The notes beneath the pieces are model-generated. The model was not told the origin of the DNA. It was given only the letters and a program-made list of their open reading frames with translations, and searched no databases. From positions 1-64,000 of IMG/VR virus record IMGVR_UViG_3300028025_003904: DNA of 64,000 bases; one strand, 5' to 3'. Positions 28,019-35,014 of this stretch are shown here, one piece after another. Each line of letters opens with the position of its first letter. The stretch's first letter is position 1. The stretch comes from a virus. Made by a program: the position numbers and the translations under genes.

Positions 28019-28163
28019 TAGCTCTAATGGGAATCGAACCCATCTTGTTAAGTCACTTACTTCAATCAACTACTCTTTATTGTGTACACCTTTGAGTCTT
28101 TACGATTGACCGTCACATTAACCCACTCATTGCTTTTGGAGCGACCTCAACAATTATAGAGCC
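28019..28163 (-). ncRNA. tRNA-like RNA with acceptor and T arms but no D or anticodon arm
   Basis: GGCTCTA/TAGAGCT-A; ATGGG-TTCGATT-CCCAT; long helix TTGTTGAG-GTCGCT/AGTGAC-TTAACAA. Confidence 0.65.
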
Positions 28164-28254
28164 AAATACGATGGTTTATCCTTTTTACTTATCAAGTAAT
28201 CCTTTCGGCACTTTGGCAACTTAAAAACATACCACCAAACGAAACATCAATCGG

Positions 28255-28327
28255 AGCTTCCGGTCGGGCTCGAACCAACCACCTGCTGATTACAAGTCAG
28301 CTGCTCTACCATATGAGCTACGGAAGC
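28255..28327 (-). tRNA. tRNA-Thr(TGT)
   Basis: GCTGA-CTTGTAA-TCAGC. Confidence 0.93.
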
Positions 28328-28395
28328 AAATATGATTACCGCCTGACTCTTTTCGAACTTTCGGGGCTCGTATCATTCAATTTCAGTAATCATTG

Positions 28396-28469
28396 TACTC
28401 CGTATGGGAATCGAACCCATAAGCTCTCCCGTGAAAGGGGAGTATCCTAACCAATTAGACGAACGGAGC
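28396..28469 (-). tRNA. tRNA-Glu(TTC)
   Basis: CTCCC-CTTTCAC-GGGAG. Confidence 0.93.
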
Positions 28470-28474
28470 ATTTA

Positions 28475-28506
28475 CAAATATAAGTATTTTCTTTTATAAT
28501 TCCAAA
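28475..28506 (-). promoter_or_regulatory. Bacteroidota-type promoter inside the tRNA array
   Basis: TTTG-N20-TATATTTG. Confidence 0.75.
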
Positions 28507-28522
28507 CTTTATTGGGATTATT

Positions 28523-28606
28523 TGGTGGGAGTAGAAGGACTCGAACCTCCGAACTCGTAGAGAAGTGATTTACAGTCACCCGCAATTGCCACTATGCGAT
28601 ACTCCC
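28523..28606 (-). tRNA. tRNA-Tyr(GTA), CCA encoded
   Basis: GGTGA-CTGTAAA-TCACT. Confidence 0.93.
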
Positions 28607-28610
28607 AAAT

Positions 28611-28719
28611 GTGTGGGTAGGAGTCTCATCCCACACTAGACTTAAGGTTTCGAGTTCTTTTACAACTTACTCTGAAAGTTATTCGCCCGCGTGTCCTTCA
28701 CCTTAAAGCGGGAGCTCCT
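28611..28719 (-). ncRNA. Candidate double-pseudoknot ncRNA (~110 nt)
   Basis: Hairpins CCCGC/GCGGG and GTGTGGG/CCCACAC; loop pairings TTAAGGT/ACCTTAA and AGGAG/CTCCT. Confidence 0.5.
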
Positions 28720-28721
28720 TA

Positions 28722-28796
28722 TGGAGCAGGTAGTCAGATTCGAACTGACGTCTCCGGTTTGGAAGACCAGAGCACTAACCACTGTGCTATACCTGC
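28722..28796 (-). tRNA. tRNA-Gly(TCC), CCA encoded
   Basis: CTGGT-CTTCCAA-ACCGG. Confidence 0.92.
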
Positions 28797-28800
28797 AAAT

Positions 28801-29016
28801 TTCCCCACATTGAGATTACTTGTGAGTAGTTATTTCGGTTTTTTACTATCTCGAAAACCTGCGAAGCATCCCTCGTAAAAACGTCAACCTATTACTTGGG
28901 GGAGAGTAGGTCCACAATCCTTATTCCCAATATGTAGTCATTAAGGTTGATACTACAAACCACCATCCATTGTTAAATGAGTCTTGGATTAAAGACTACC
29001 GAGTATCTCTTACTCG
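28801..29016 (-). ncRNA. Candidate structured ncRNA (~215 nt)
   Basis: Hairpins CGAGTA/TACTCG, AGTCTT/AAGACT, GTAGT/ACTAC; TCAACCT/AGGTTGA pairing; 3' GTAATCTCA. Confidence 0.55.
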
Positions 29017-29019
29017 TTG

Positions 29020-29093
29020 TGGACCAGGTAGGAATCGAACCTACTACCTTTTGATTATGAGTCAACTGCTCTAACCGAGTGAGCTACAAGTCC
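29020..29093 (-). tRNA. tRNA(CAT), probably Ile2 (lysidine type)
   Basis: GTTGA-CTCATAA-TCAAA; GG-initiated acceptor and TAGCTCA..GGTTAGAGC D-arm as in Ile tRNAs. Confidence 0.8.
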
Positions 29094-29149
29094 ATATCGT
29101 TTAATCTAACGATAAAATCTAATATCGTTTCTTTCAACGATAAATAAGG

Positions 29150-29257
29150 TGCCGGAGGAGGGATTGGCTACCCACACACAGTCCTTTTCGGTTACTGCAC
29201 CACTTCGAATCAGGCACGTCTAATGGTTGTACTTCCCATTTGTTCCGCCACTCCGGC
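29150..29257 (-). ncRNA. Aberrant Leu-like tRNA-like RNA (extended D-loop, altered T-loop)
   Basis: GCCGGAG/CTCCGGC-A; extra hairpin AATGG/CCATT in the D-loop; T-loop TAGCCAAT. Confidence 0.6.
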
Positions 29258-29267
29258 ATATTTCTTT

Positions 29268-29344
29268 TGGTGGAGAAAGTGGGATTCGAACCCACGACCT
29301 CTTGAATGCAAATCAAGCGTTCTAGCCAACTGAACTAAATCCCC
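29268..29344 (-). tRNA. tRNA-Ala(TGC), CCA encoded
   Basis: CTTGA-TTTGCAT-TCAAG; G3:U70. Confidence 0.93.
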
Positions 29345-29347
29345 ATT

Positions 29348-29453
29348 ATGTAACGTCTGTGCGGTTTGTGTCTCATTCACTCCTTTATACGAGCTTCAAA
29401 AGTTTCCATTTCATGCCTAGCGTCTGTTCCGCCATTCTTTCGAATCGTTACAT
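29348..29453 (-). ncRNA. Candidate small ncRNA (~105 nt)
   Basis: Closing stem ATGTAACG/CGTTACAT; ATTC-GAAA-GAAT and GGCG-GAACAGA-CGCT hairpins. Confidence 0.45.
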
Positions 29454-29455
29454 TG

Positions 29456-29538
29456 TACTCGAAGAGGGACTTGAACCCACACGCCCATACGGACAACAGA
29501 TTTTAAGTCTGTCTTGTCTACCATTCCAACATTCGAGC
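29456..29538 (-). tRNA. tRNA-Leu(TAA)
   Basis: ACAGA-CTTAAAA-TCTGT; long variable arm. Confidence 0.93.
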
Positions 29539-29545
29539 AACTCTA

Positions 29546-29577
29546 CAAATATACAAAATATATTTTATATTTCCAAA
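29546..29577 (-). promoter_or_regulatory. Bacteroidota-type promoter
   Basis: TTTG-N20-TATATTTG. Confidence 0.75.
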
Positions 29578-31794
29578 TTATTCTACATATTTTGTCCAAC
29601 TATCTACATTGAAACATCCCCCACAATCGGATTTTTTTTGTAATAATTTTTGAACACTTTGAACTTTAATTTCTAATAAATTTGGATTATTGTAAGTATA
29701 TAATCTATCTATGAAAATAGATGGTAATCCTTTAATATTTAAATATCTTAAATTATTATTCCAAACTAAAAACCAACTTAAAAGTGGATTTCTTGTACAA
29801 TCTAACGATTCAATTTTATTATCATGTACCCAAAGTCCTTTAATCATTGGGTTTCCACTCAAATTTAACGATGTCAATCTGTTGTTTTGCATATACAGTT
29901 GTTGTAGGTTTGGATTGTGAGTTATATCAATTGATGTTACACCACGAGTTGTTCCATATCCAGCTCTACCTTCTGTATTACCAAAATCCAATTCAATTAA
30001 ATTTTTATTTCTGGAAACATCAAATGTTACTATATCATTATCACCTGCTCCAAAATATTCTAACTTTGATAGGGAACTCACATCAATACTTGTCAATTTA
30101 TTATCCCAAAAGGAAACCCAAGTTAAGTTTAGATTTTTGGATAAATCAACACTACTAATTTGATTGTGAATAATCCGTAATCTTTGTAGATTTGGGAATG
30201 CTTCTATACCCCTAATACTTACAATACCCATAGGGTTTAGTATTTCTATGGTAGTTGCGTTTGCAATTGGTGCAGTTTTAATCCTACCATCCAATACAAA
30301 ATCGTATCCTCTATCAATCAATGCCTGCTCAAATCTACTATCAGGTACACTAATATATTCTGGCAAATTGGATACCAATGGTGGCGGTGTTGTTACAACT
30401 GGTCCGGGTACAAATGTTGTTGGTGGTGGTGTTGTTACAACTGGTTCAGGTACAAATGTTGTTGGTGGTGGTGATGGTATAGTAGGTATAGATACTATTG
30501 GAGCTGGTGGGGGTGTATCATCTAAAGTTCTGAAATTTCGTTCATTACCATAAACTATACCCTTTGAGTTTATACAATATGCTCTAATATAGTATGTTGA
30601 ATTGGGTATCAGTTCATTTACATCTACCATATATCCACCCAAACCATTTCCTACTATAAGTTTTCTATCTGAAATTGTAGGTGTTTTCTCTCTACTAATT
30701 ACTACACCTCTTTCAGTTACGGGTGTGTTACCTTCGTTTGTAACCTCACCACCAATTCTTGCACTCCTAAATGAGATATTCCCAATATCGTTGGTAGATA
30801 TTTTGGCAAACGTATAATCTATTGTTGAGAAATTTATTTCATCACCATATACAATACCTGCTTCATTTTGAGCATATGCTCTTACATAGTATTTGGTATT
30901 TACCTCCAATTTAGTAACTACAATTTTATATTCACCCAAATCAGTAACTGATGATTTGAATTTCATATTATCAATGGTTGGTTTTGGAGATTTGGATACA
31001 ACTATTCCTCGTTCCTTTAATTCCCCTCTACCTAAATCTTTCACATTACCACTTAATGTTGCTACATCCAATCCAATATCAGTTGCTGAATTTGTTTGGA
31101 TTGTTGGTAATTTGTAATCTAATGTTGAAAATGTGAGCTCTTTACCATAGGATGTACCCATAATGTTGGTAGCAAAGGCACGAACATTGTATTTTGTACC
31201 TGCTTTAAGTTTGATTACAACTAAATTGAATGCACCCATCCCTTCACCTGCATTAAATGTACTATCGGTAGTTGTGGGTGTTGGGTTGGTACTAATGCAA
31301 AATCCTCGCTTTAATATAGGTGTTTCACCATCATCTGTAATATTACCGTATAGTTTTACCGATGTTAATGTTATATTACCCAAACTATCGGTTGTTAAAG
31401 TTGGTAAAATATAATCACCCGTTGTAAAGTTCTTTAATTCACCATAAGCAGTACCATATTTATTTTTGGCGTATGCATTATAGTAATAGGTTTTATTTGG
31501 TGTTAGTTTGGTTAGATGTGATTTAAATGTTGTAATATTTGTATCCAATTTAATGGTAATACCATATCCACCAATATCCGGATTATTTGCGTAAATAAAT
31601 CCACGTTCAATTGTAGGTGCATAAGGTACATCCTCTACTTTACCCAAAATAAATGCCGATTTAAGTGTAACGTTGGTTGCATCCTCTGTGAATACAGATG
31701 GTGGCATATCAATGATTGCTGGTGTTAGTGCTTCTTCCTTTGCACAACCTAATAATAGGAAAATACCTATTAGAGTGATTTGTAACTTTTTCAT
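29578..31794 (-). CDS. Surface lipoprotein: four Fn3-like repeats, Pro-rich linker, leucine-rich repeats
   Basis: Lipobox LLGC; four L.P.T.Y..RAYA.N..G..YG repeats; PPPTTFVP.PVVTT twice; N.L..LD.S.N..L LRRs; own promoter at ~31819-31849. Confidence 0.85.
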   Translation of the reverse strand: MKKLQITLIGIFLLLGCAKEEALTPAIIDMPPSVFTEDATNVTLKSAFILGKVEDVPYAPTIERGFIYANNPDIGGYGITIKLDTNITTFKSHLTKLTPNKTYYYNAYAKNKYGTAYGELKNFTTGDYILPTLTTDSLGNITLTSVKLYGNITDDGETPILKRGFCISTNPTPTTTDSTFNAGEGMGAFNLVVIKLKAGTKYNVRAFATNIMGTSYGKELTFSTLDYKLPTIQTNSATDIGLDVATLSGNVKDLGRGELKERGIVVSKSPKPTIDNMKFKSSVTDLGEYKIVVTKLEVNTKYYVRAYAQNEAGIVYGDEINFSTIDYTFAKISTNDIGNISFRSARIGGEVTNEGNTPVTERGVVISREKTPTISDRKLIVGNGLGGYMVDVNELIPNSTYYIRAYCINSKGIVYGNERNFRTLDDTPPPAPIVSIPTIPSPPPTTFVPEPVVTTPPPTTFVPGPVVTTPPPLVSNLPEYISVPDSRFEQALIDRGYDFVLDGRIKTAPIANATTIEILNPMGIVSIRGIEAFPNLQRLRIIHNQISSVDLSKNLNLTWVSFWDNKLTSIDVSSLSKLEYFGAGDNDIVTFDVSRNKNLIELDFGNTEGRAGYGTTRGVTSIDITHNPNLQQLYMQNNRLTSLNLSGNPMIKGLWVHDNKIESLDCTRNPLLSWFLVWNNNLRYLNIKGLPSIFIDRLYTYNNPNLLEIKVQSVQKLLQKKSDCGGCFNVDSWTKYVE

Positions 31795-31875
31795 ATTTAA
31801 CTTTTAGATTTTATGTAACAAATATACAACATTTATTTTATATTTCCTAACATTTTTTACTTTTTTATTTTATCG

Positions 31876-31945
31876 TTGCGTGTGTGGGGTTCGAACCCAC
31901 TTGGCTTTCCTTATGAGAGATAGCTCTTTTCCACCAAGCCACGCA
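31876..31945 (-). tRNA. Atypical tRNA-Met(CAT) with short D-arm
   Basis: TGCGTG/CACGCA; GCTATCT-CTCATAA-GGAAAGC; GTGGG-TTCGAAC-CCCAC. Confidence 0.7.
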
Positions 31946-31948
31946 ATA

Positions 31949-32025
31949 TGGGGTGTTTAATGGGATTCGAACCCATACTATCAGTACCACAAACTGACGT
32001 GCTGACCATTAACACTATAAACAAC
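31949..32025 (-). tRNA. tRNA-His(GTG), CCA encoded
   Basis: TCAGT-TTGTGGT-ACTGA; G-1/C73. Confidence 0.9.
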
Positions 32026-32026
32026 G

Positions 32027-32099
32027 AGGTGAATATTGGATTCGAACCAATGTAAAAGGTTTTGCAGACCTCTACCTAAACCAACTCGGTCAATTCACC
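32027..32099 (-). tRNA. tRNA-Cys(GCA)
   Basis: GAGGT-CTGCAAA-ACCTT; U73. Confidence 0.92.
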
Positions 32100-32105
32100 A
32101 TTATG

Positions 32106-32177
32106 TAGTTCCATAGAGACTCGAACTCCAACTTTGACATCCGTAGTGTCAGGTGCTATCCATTACACCATAGAACT
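32106..32177 (-). tRNA. tRNA-Arg(ACG)
   Basis: TGACA-CTACGGA-TGTCA. Confidence 0.92.
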
Positions 32178-32182
32178 ATTAG

Positions 32183-32253
32183 CACGTCCTAAAGGATTCG
32201 AACCTCTATCATCGCTTTTGGAGAGCGGTATGCTACCATTACACCAAGGACAT
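32183..32253 (-). tRNA. tRNA-Trp(CCA)
   Basis: CCGCT-CTCCAAA-AGCGA; G73. Confidence 0.9.
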
Positions 32254-32323
32254 GTATTTATTTCCAAAGTAAAAAATTACCTTCAAAAAATTTTCCAACC
32301 TTTATCTAAAAGTTGAAAAAGTG

Positions 32324-32397
32324 TAGAGAAAATAGGACTCGAACCTATAACCCCCGACGTATCAGGTCGGTGCTCTAACCAATTGAGCTATATCTCT
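32324..32397 (-). tRNA. tRNA-Ile(GAT)
   Basis: CCGAC-CTGATAC-GTCGG. Confidence 0.92.
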
Positions 32398-32400
32398 GTG

Positions 32401-32473
32401 TAGGGTGAGCGAGACTCGAACTCACATCCTCTTGCTCCCAAAGCAAGTAATCTAACCATTGATATACCACCCT
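32401..32473 (-). tRNA. tRNA-Pro(TGG)
   Basis: CTTGC-TTTGGGA-GCAAG. Confidence 0.9.
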
Positions 32474-32479
32474 ATATTG

Positions 32480-32552
32480 TGAACCCGTTGGGAATCGAAC
32501 CCAAAACCCCTACATTAAAAGTGTAGTGCTCTACCAATTGAGCTACGAGTTC
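32480..32552 (-). tRNA. tRNA-Lys(TTT)
   Basis: CTACA-CTTTTAA-TGTAG. Confidence 0.93.
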
Positions 32553-32554
32553 AT

Positions 32555-32631
32555 TGGTGGAGCAGACAGGTATCGAACCTGTTCCTCTGGATTTTCAGTC
32601 CAGCGCAATGAACCTCATCTGCCACTGCTCC
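32555..32631 (-). tRNA. tRNA-Phe(GAA), CCA encoded
   Basis: CTGGA-CTGAAAA-TCCAG. Confidence 0.9.
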
Positions 32632-32671
32632 TTTAAATCCGATTTTGATATGTAGCATCGGGAACTACCTG

Positions 32672-32745
32672 TGTCCATAGTAGGATTCGAACCTACACAA
32701 TCTGGTTTCTAAAACCAGCACGGTTGCCAATTACGTCATACGGAC
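32672..32745 (-). tRNA. tRNA-Leu(TAG) lacking the long variable arm
   Basis: CTGGT-TTTAGAA-ACCAG; 5-nt variable loop; A73. Confidence 0.82.
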
Positions 32746-32753
32746 TTCTATTG

Positions 32754-32826
32754 TAGTGAGTGAGGGACTTGAACCCCCAACATCCGCCATGTAAAGACGG
32801 CGCTCTGCCAATTGAGCTAACCCACT
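32754..32826 (-). tRNA. tRNA-Val(TAC)
   Basis: CCGTC-TTTACAT-GGCGG. Confidence 0.92.
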
Positions 32827-32837
32827 ATTTCACCATT

Positions 32838-32850
32838 ATGTCAAAGAACT
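32838..32850 (-). promoter_or_regulatory. boxA-like antitermination element
   Basis: AGTTCTTTGACAT; similar elements at 34041-34053 (TGTTCTTTAAAAT) and 35568-35580 (CGTTATTTGAAAT). Confidence 0.6.
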
Positions 32851-32858
32851 TATTCTTG

Positions 32859-32930
32859 CGTTGATGGTAGGATTCGAACCTACGACCAATAGATTAACAG
32901 TCTACTGCGCTACCACTGCGCCACATCAAC
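32859..32930 (-). tRNA. tRNA-Asn(GTT)
   Basis: GTAGA-CTGTTAA-TCTAT; G73. Confidence 0.93.
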
Positions 32931-32944
32931 TTATTTTTAAACAT

Positions 32945-32976
32945 AAAAAAACCCCTAACTTTTTGGGTCAGGGGTT
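32945..32976 (-). terminator. Intrinsic terminator (attenuator) immediately upstream of the tRNA block
   Basis: AACCCCTGAC-CCAAAAA-GTTAGGGGTT-TTTTT. Confidence 0.85.
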
Positions 32977-33003
32977 GTTTTAATTTAAGTATGTAGTTTG
33001 GTT

Positions 33004-33147
33004 TTATCCCAAGTCTACATCGTTTAATATTGTTGCCCCTAACTGATTTTTAATTCCTTTCGAACTAAAATCACACACGCGATTGCCTGCCCACATCAAA
33101 TTTGATGTCGGTTGATAAGCTATCGTATGTAGGTTAAGAGTTTTCAT
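33004..33147 (-). CDS. Putative attenuator leader peptide (47 aa, codon sampler)
   Basis: MKTLNLHTIAYQPTSNLMWAGNRVCDFSSKGIKNQLGATILNDVDLG; A-rich upstream context; contains a second copy of the terminator 3' arm (33036-33044). Confidence 0.7.
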   Translation of the reverse strand: MKTLNLHTIAYQPTSNLMWAGNRVCDFSSKGIKNQLGATILNDVDLG

Positions 33148-33197
33148 TTCTTTATTTATAATAATATATATGTAATTTTTTTATTTTAAGTTAAAAA

Positions 33198-34037
33198 GAT
33201 ACGGATGAGAATACTCACGTATGCGAACCGGCTTTCGTTGGATTATTGTTTCCCAACTTTTCCACTACCTTTTGGGTAGTACCGATTCAATGCGGGTTAG
33301 TTAAGCCAACCACTCATAAAGTTACAAACTACTCTCTCTTTACTCCGCTTCTTCTACTCTGCCGAACAGATTCACACTTGCGGTGTTAGAAGTTTTTCGA
33401 AAGAATCACAGACCTCTTGCGGAGGTATCGTGGCAAGGAACAACTCCCTACTATGTACGCACCTTTCGTTTGCAACTGACGAACACTTTTGCTCTTTTTG
33501 TTTATAGTTTGCACTAACCGGCAAATTGAGTTTGGTTTGTAGATGGTTTCAAGTAGTGGTTCGCCAACCTGCTCCGTTATCTTTTGAACAACAGAATACT
33601 GAACTACTCGATGTGTTATCCCTAACACCATACTTTAAGTTTGCTTCATAACTCCTACCTTGGTAGGTGAAGAGTAAGGATAATAACGACACCACTCGTA
33701 CTTTATCTTACCTTTCGGTTTTAAGTAAACTCTGATATTGAATCACGCAATTGTTGAAAGGGATTAAGTTTCAGTTTCTCGCAATAACTCTATGGATTAT
33801 TCTTATTGGTGTTCCCACCTCAACTGAACTATCTACTTTAGCCCAGTCATTTCACCACCCTCTTTACAGTGTTACCCTCAATACTAAAGGTGAAATGATA
33901 TTCCACTTGCCTACTCAAGCTCCTTTCGAAGCCGCAAATCACTTAAACCAAATGATTCACTTTATCCTACTTTCGTAGTTTATTTCACGACCATAGGCGG
34001 CCGATGTACACTATGTAGAACTCGTCTACTATGTGCT
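33198..34037 (-). ncRNA. Giant structured ncRNA (~840 nt), GOLLD-like
   Basis: No credible ORF; GC above background; many GNRA-capped hairpins; own promoter and boxA upstream; next to a tRNA array. Family call is from size and context only. Confidence 0.65.
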
Positions 34038-34159
34038 TATATTTTAAAGAACATTTTTAATTTGATTAACCGAGTATCTTTCATCACCTATTGGTCTCAA
34101 ATCTATAATACAAATATACGAAACTTTTTTCATATATCCAAAAACTTTTTAACTTTTTT

Positions 34160-34255
34160 TTAAGATTGGTTGTCTCCGGCTTTTTAGCTTACCACTTATG
34201 GTTGGGCTTCACACATTCGGTTTTATTAGATGTTGGCTTCAACAACCATTCTTAA
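34160..34255 (-). ncRNA. Candidate small ncRNA (~95 nt)
   Basis: Closing stem TTAAGA-A-TGGTTGT/ACAACCA-A-TCTTAA; repeated TGAAGCC; downstream of a promoter with no ORF. Confidence 0.5.
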
Positions 34256-34398
34256 ATATTGGATGAGTAGTGGGATGGTATTTCTACCTCTCGGGTCCTC
34301 TTAACACCGGACTTCTCCACACCGGCATACTAACCTCATTTTCAACATTACAAATATACGAAACTTTTTTCATATATCAAAGTCTTTTTAACTTTTTT

Positions 34399-34944
34399 TT
34401 ACAAATTTCTTTTTGATATTTGAAAGTTAAACGATACCGTCATTCTTTCTGTATCAGCTGGTTCAACATAATGTGATAGTGTAGATGGAAAAAATAATAA
34501 TCTACCTTTAACTGATGGTATTTTATGTTTTCTCCCCTCTTTACAGAATACAGTATTAGATGTTGAATCCGATAGATACCATATACCAGAAATTAAATCG
34601 TTACCATGTGAGTGATACTCTTGATACTTTCCGTCTTTATAGTAATTCCACCATATCTCATAATCATATCTAAACTTTTCACCAAAATTATACGTTTTTA
34701 TATAAAATGGATGCAATTGAACAATACTCGTTACGTGTTCTATAATCTCATTTACATATGGTGTACCATATAACAAATCACTATTATGATTAAACGATGA
34801 AAAAGCACCACCATCCCAACTTTTTGGAGATGTATATTTTTCTGGCTCATTTTTTATTTCTTTTTTAATACCTTCAATCAATTCATCCGGTACTTCCAAA
34901 TGTGTATCGAATAAAGTAATTGGAAATATATTAAATTCGTTCAT
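34399..34944 (-). CDS. 2OG-Fe(II) oxygenase-like (TIGR02466-type)
   Basis: WWN..YHSH..ISGIWY..FFPS.L.H.V..R.TVSFN. Confidence 0.85.
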   Translation of the reverse strand: MNEFNIFPITLFDTHLEVPDELIEGIKKEIKNEPEKYTSPKSWDGGAFSSFNHNSDLLYGTPYVNEIIEHVTSIVQLHPFYIKTYNFGEKFRYDYEIWWNYYKDGKYQEYHSHGNDLISGIWYLSDSTSNTVFCKEGRKHKIPSVKGRLLFFPSTLSHYVEPADTERMTVSFNFQISKRNL

Positions 34945-35014
34945 CTACTATCAAAATGTTTTTACAAATATACGAAACTTTTTTCATATATCCAAATGAT
35001 TTCTCATTTATTTT

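Noticed and set aside
33386-33978. Short ORFs inside the giant RNA, and ORFs overlapping tRNAs (26222, 27548, 27723, 29134, 29359, 32134, 34956)
   Set aside because: They overlap structured RNA genes and lack protein-like features.
34061-34101. Hammerhead ribozyme suggested by TGATGA and GAAA
   Set aside because: No CUGANGA-stem II-GAAA three-way junction can be built; the same applies to 28333-28392.
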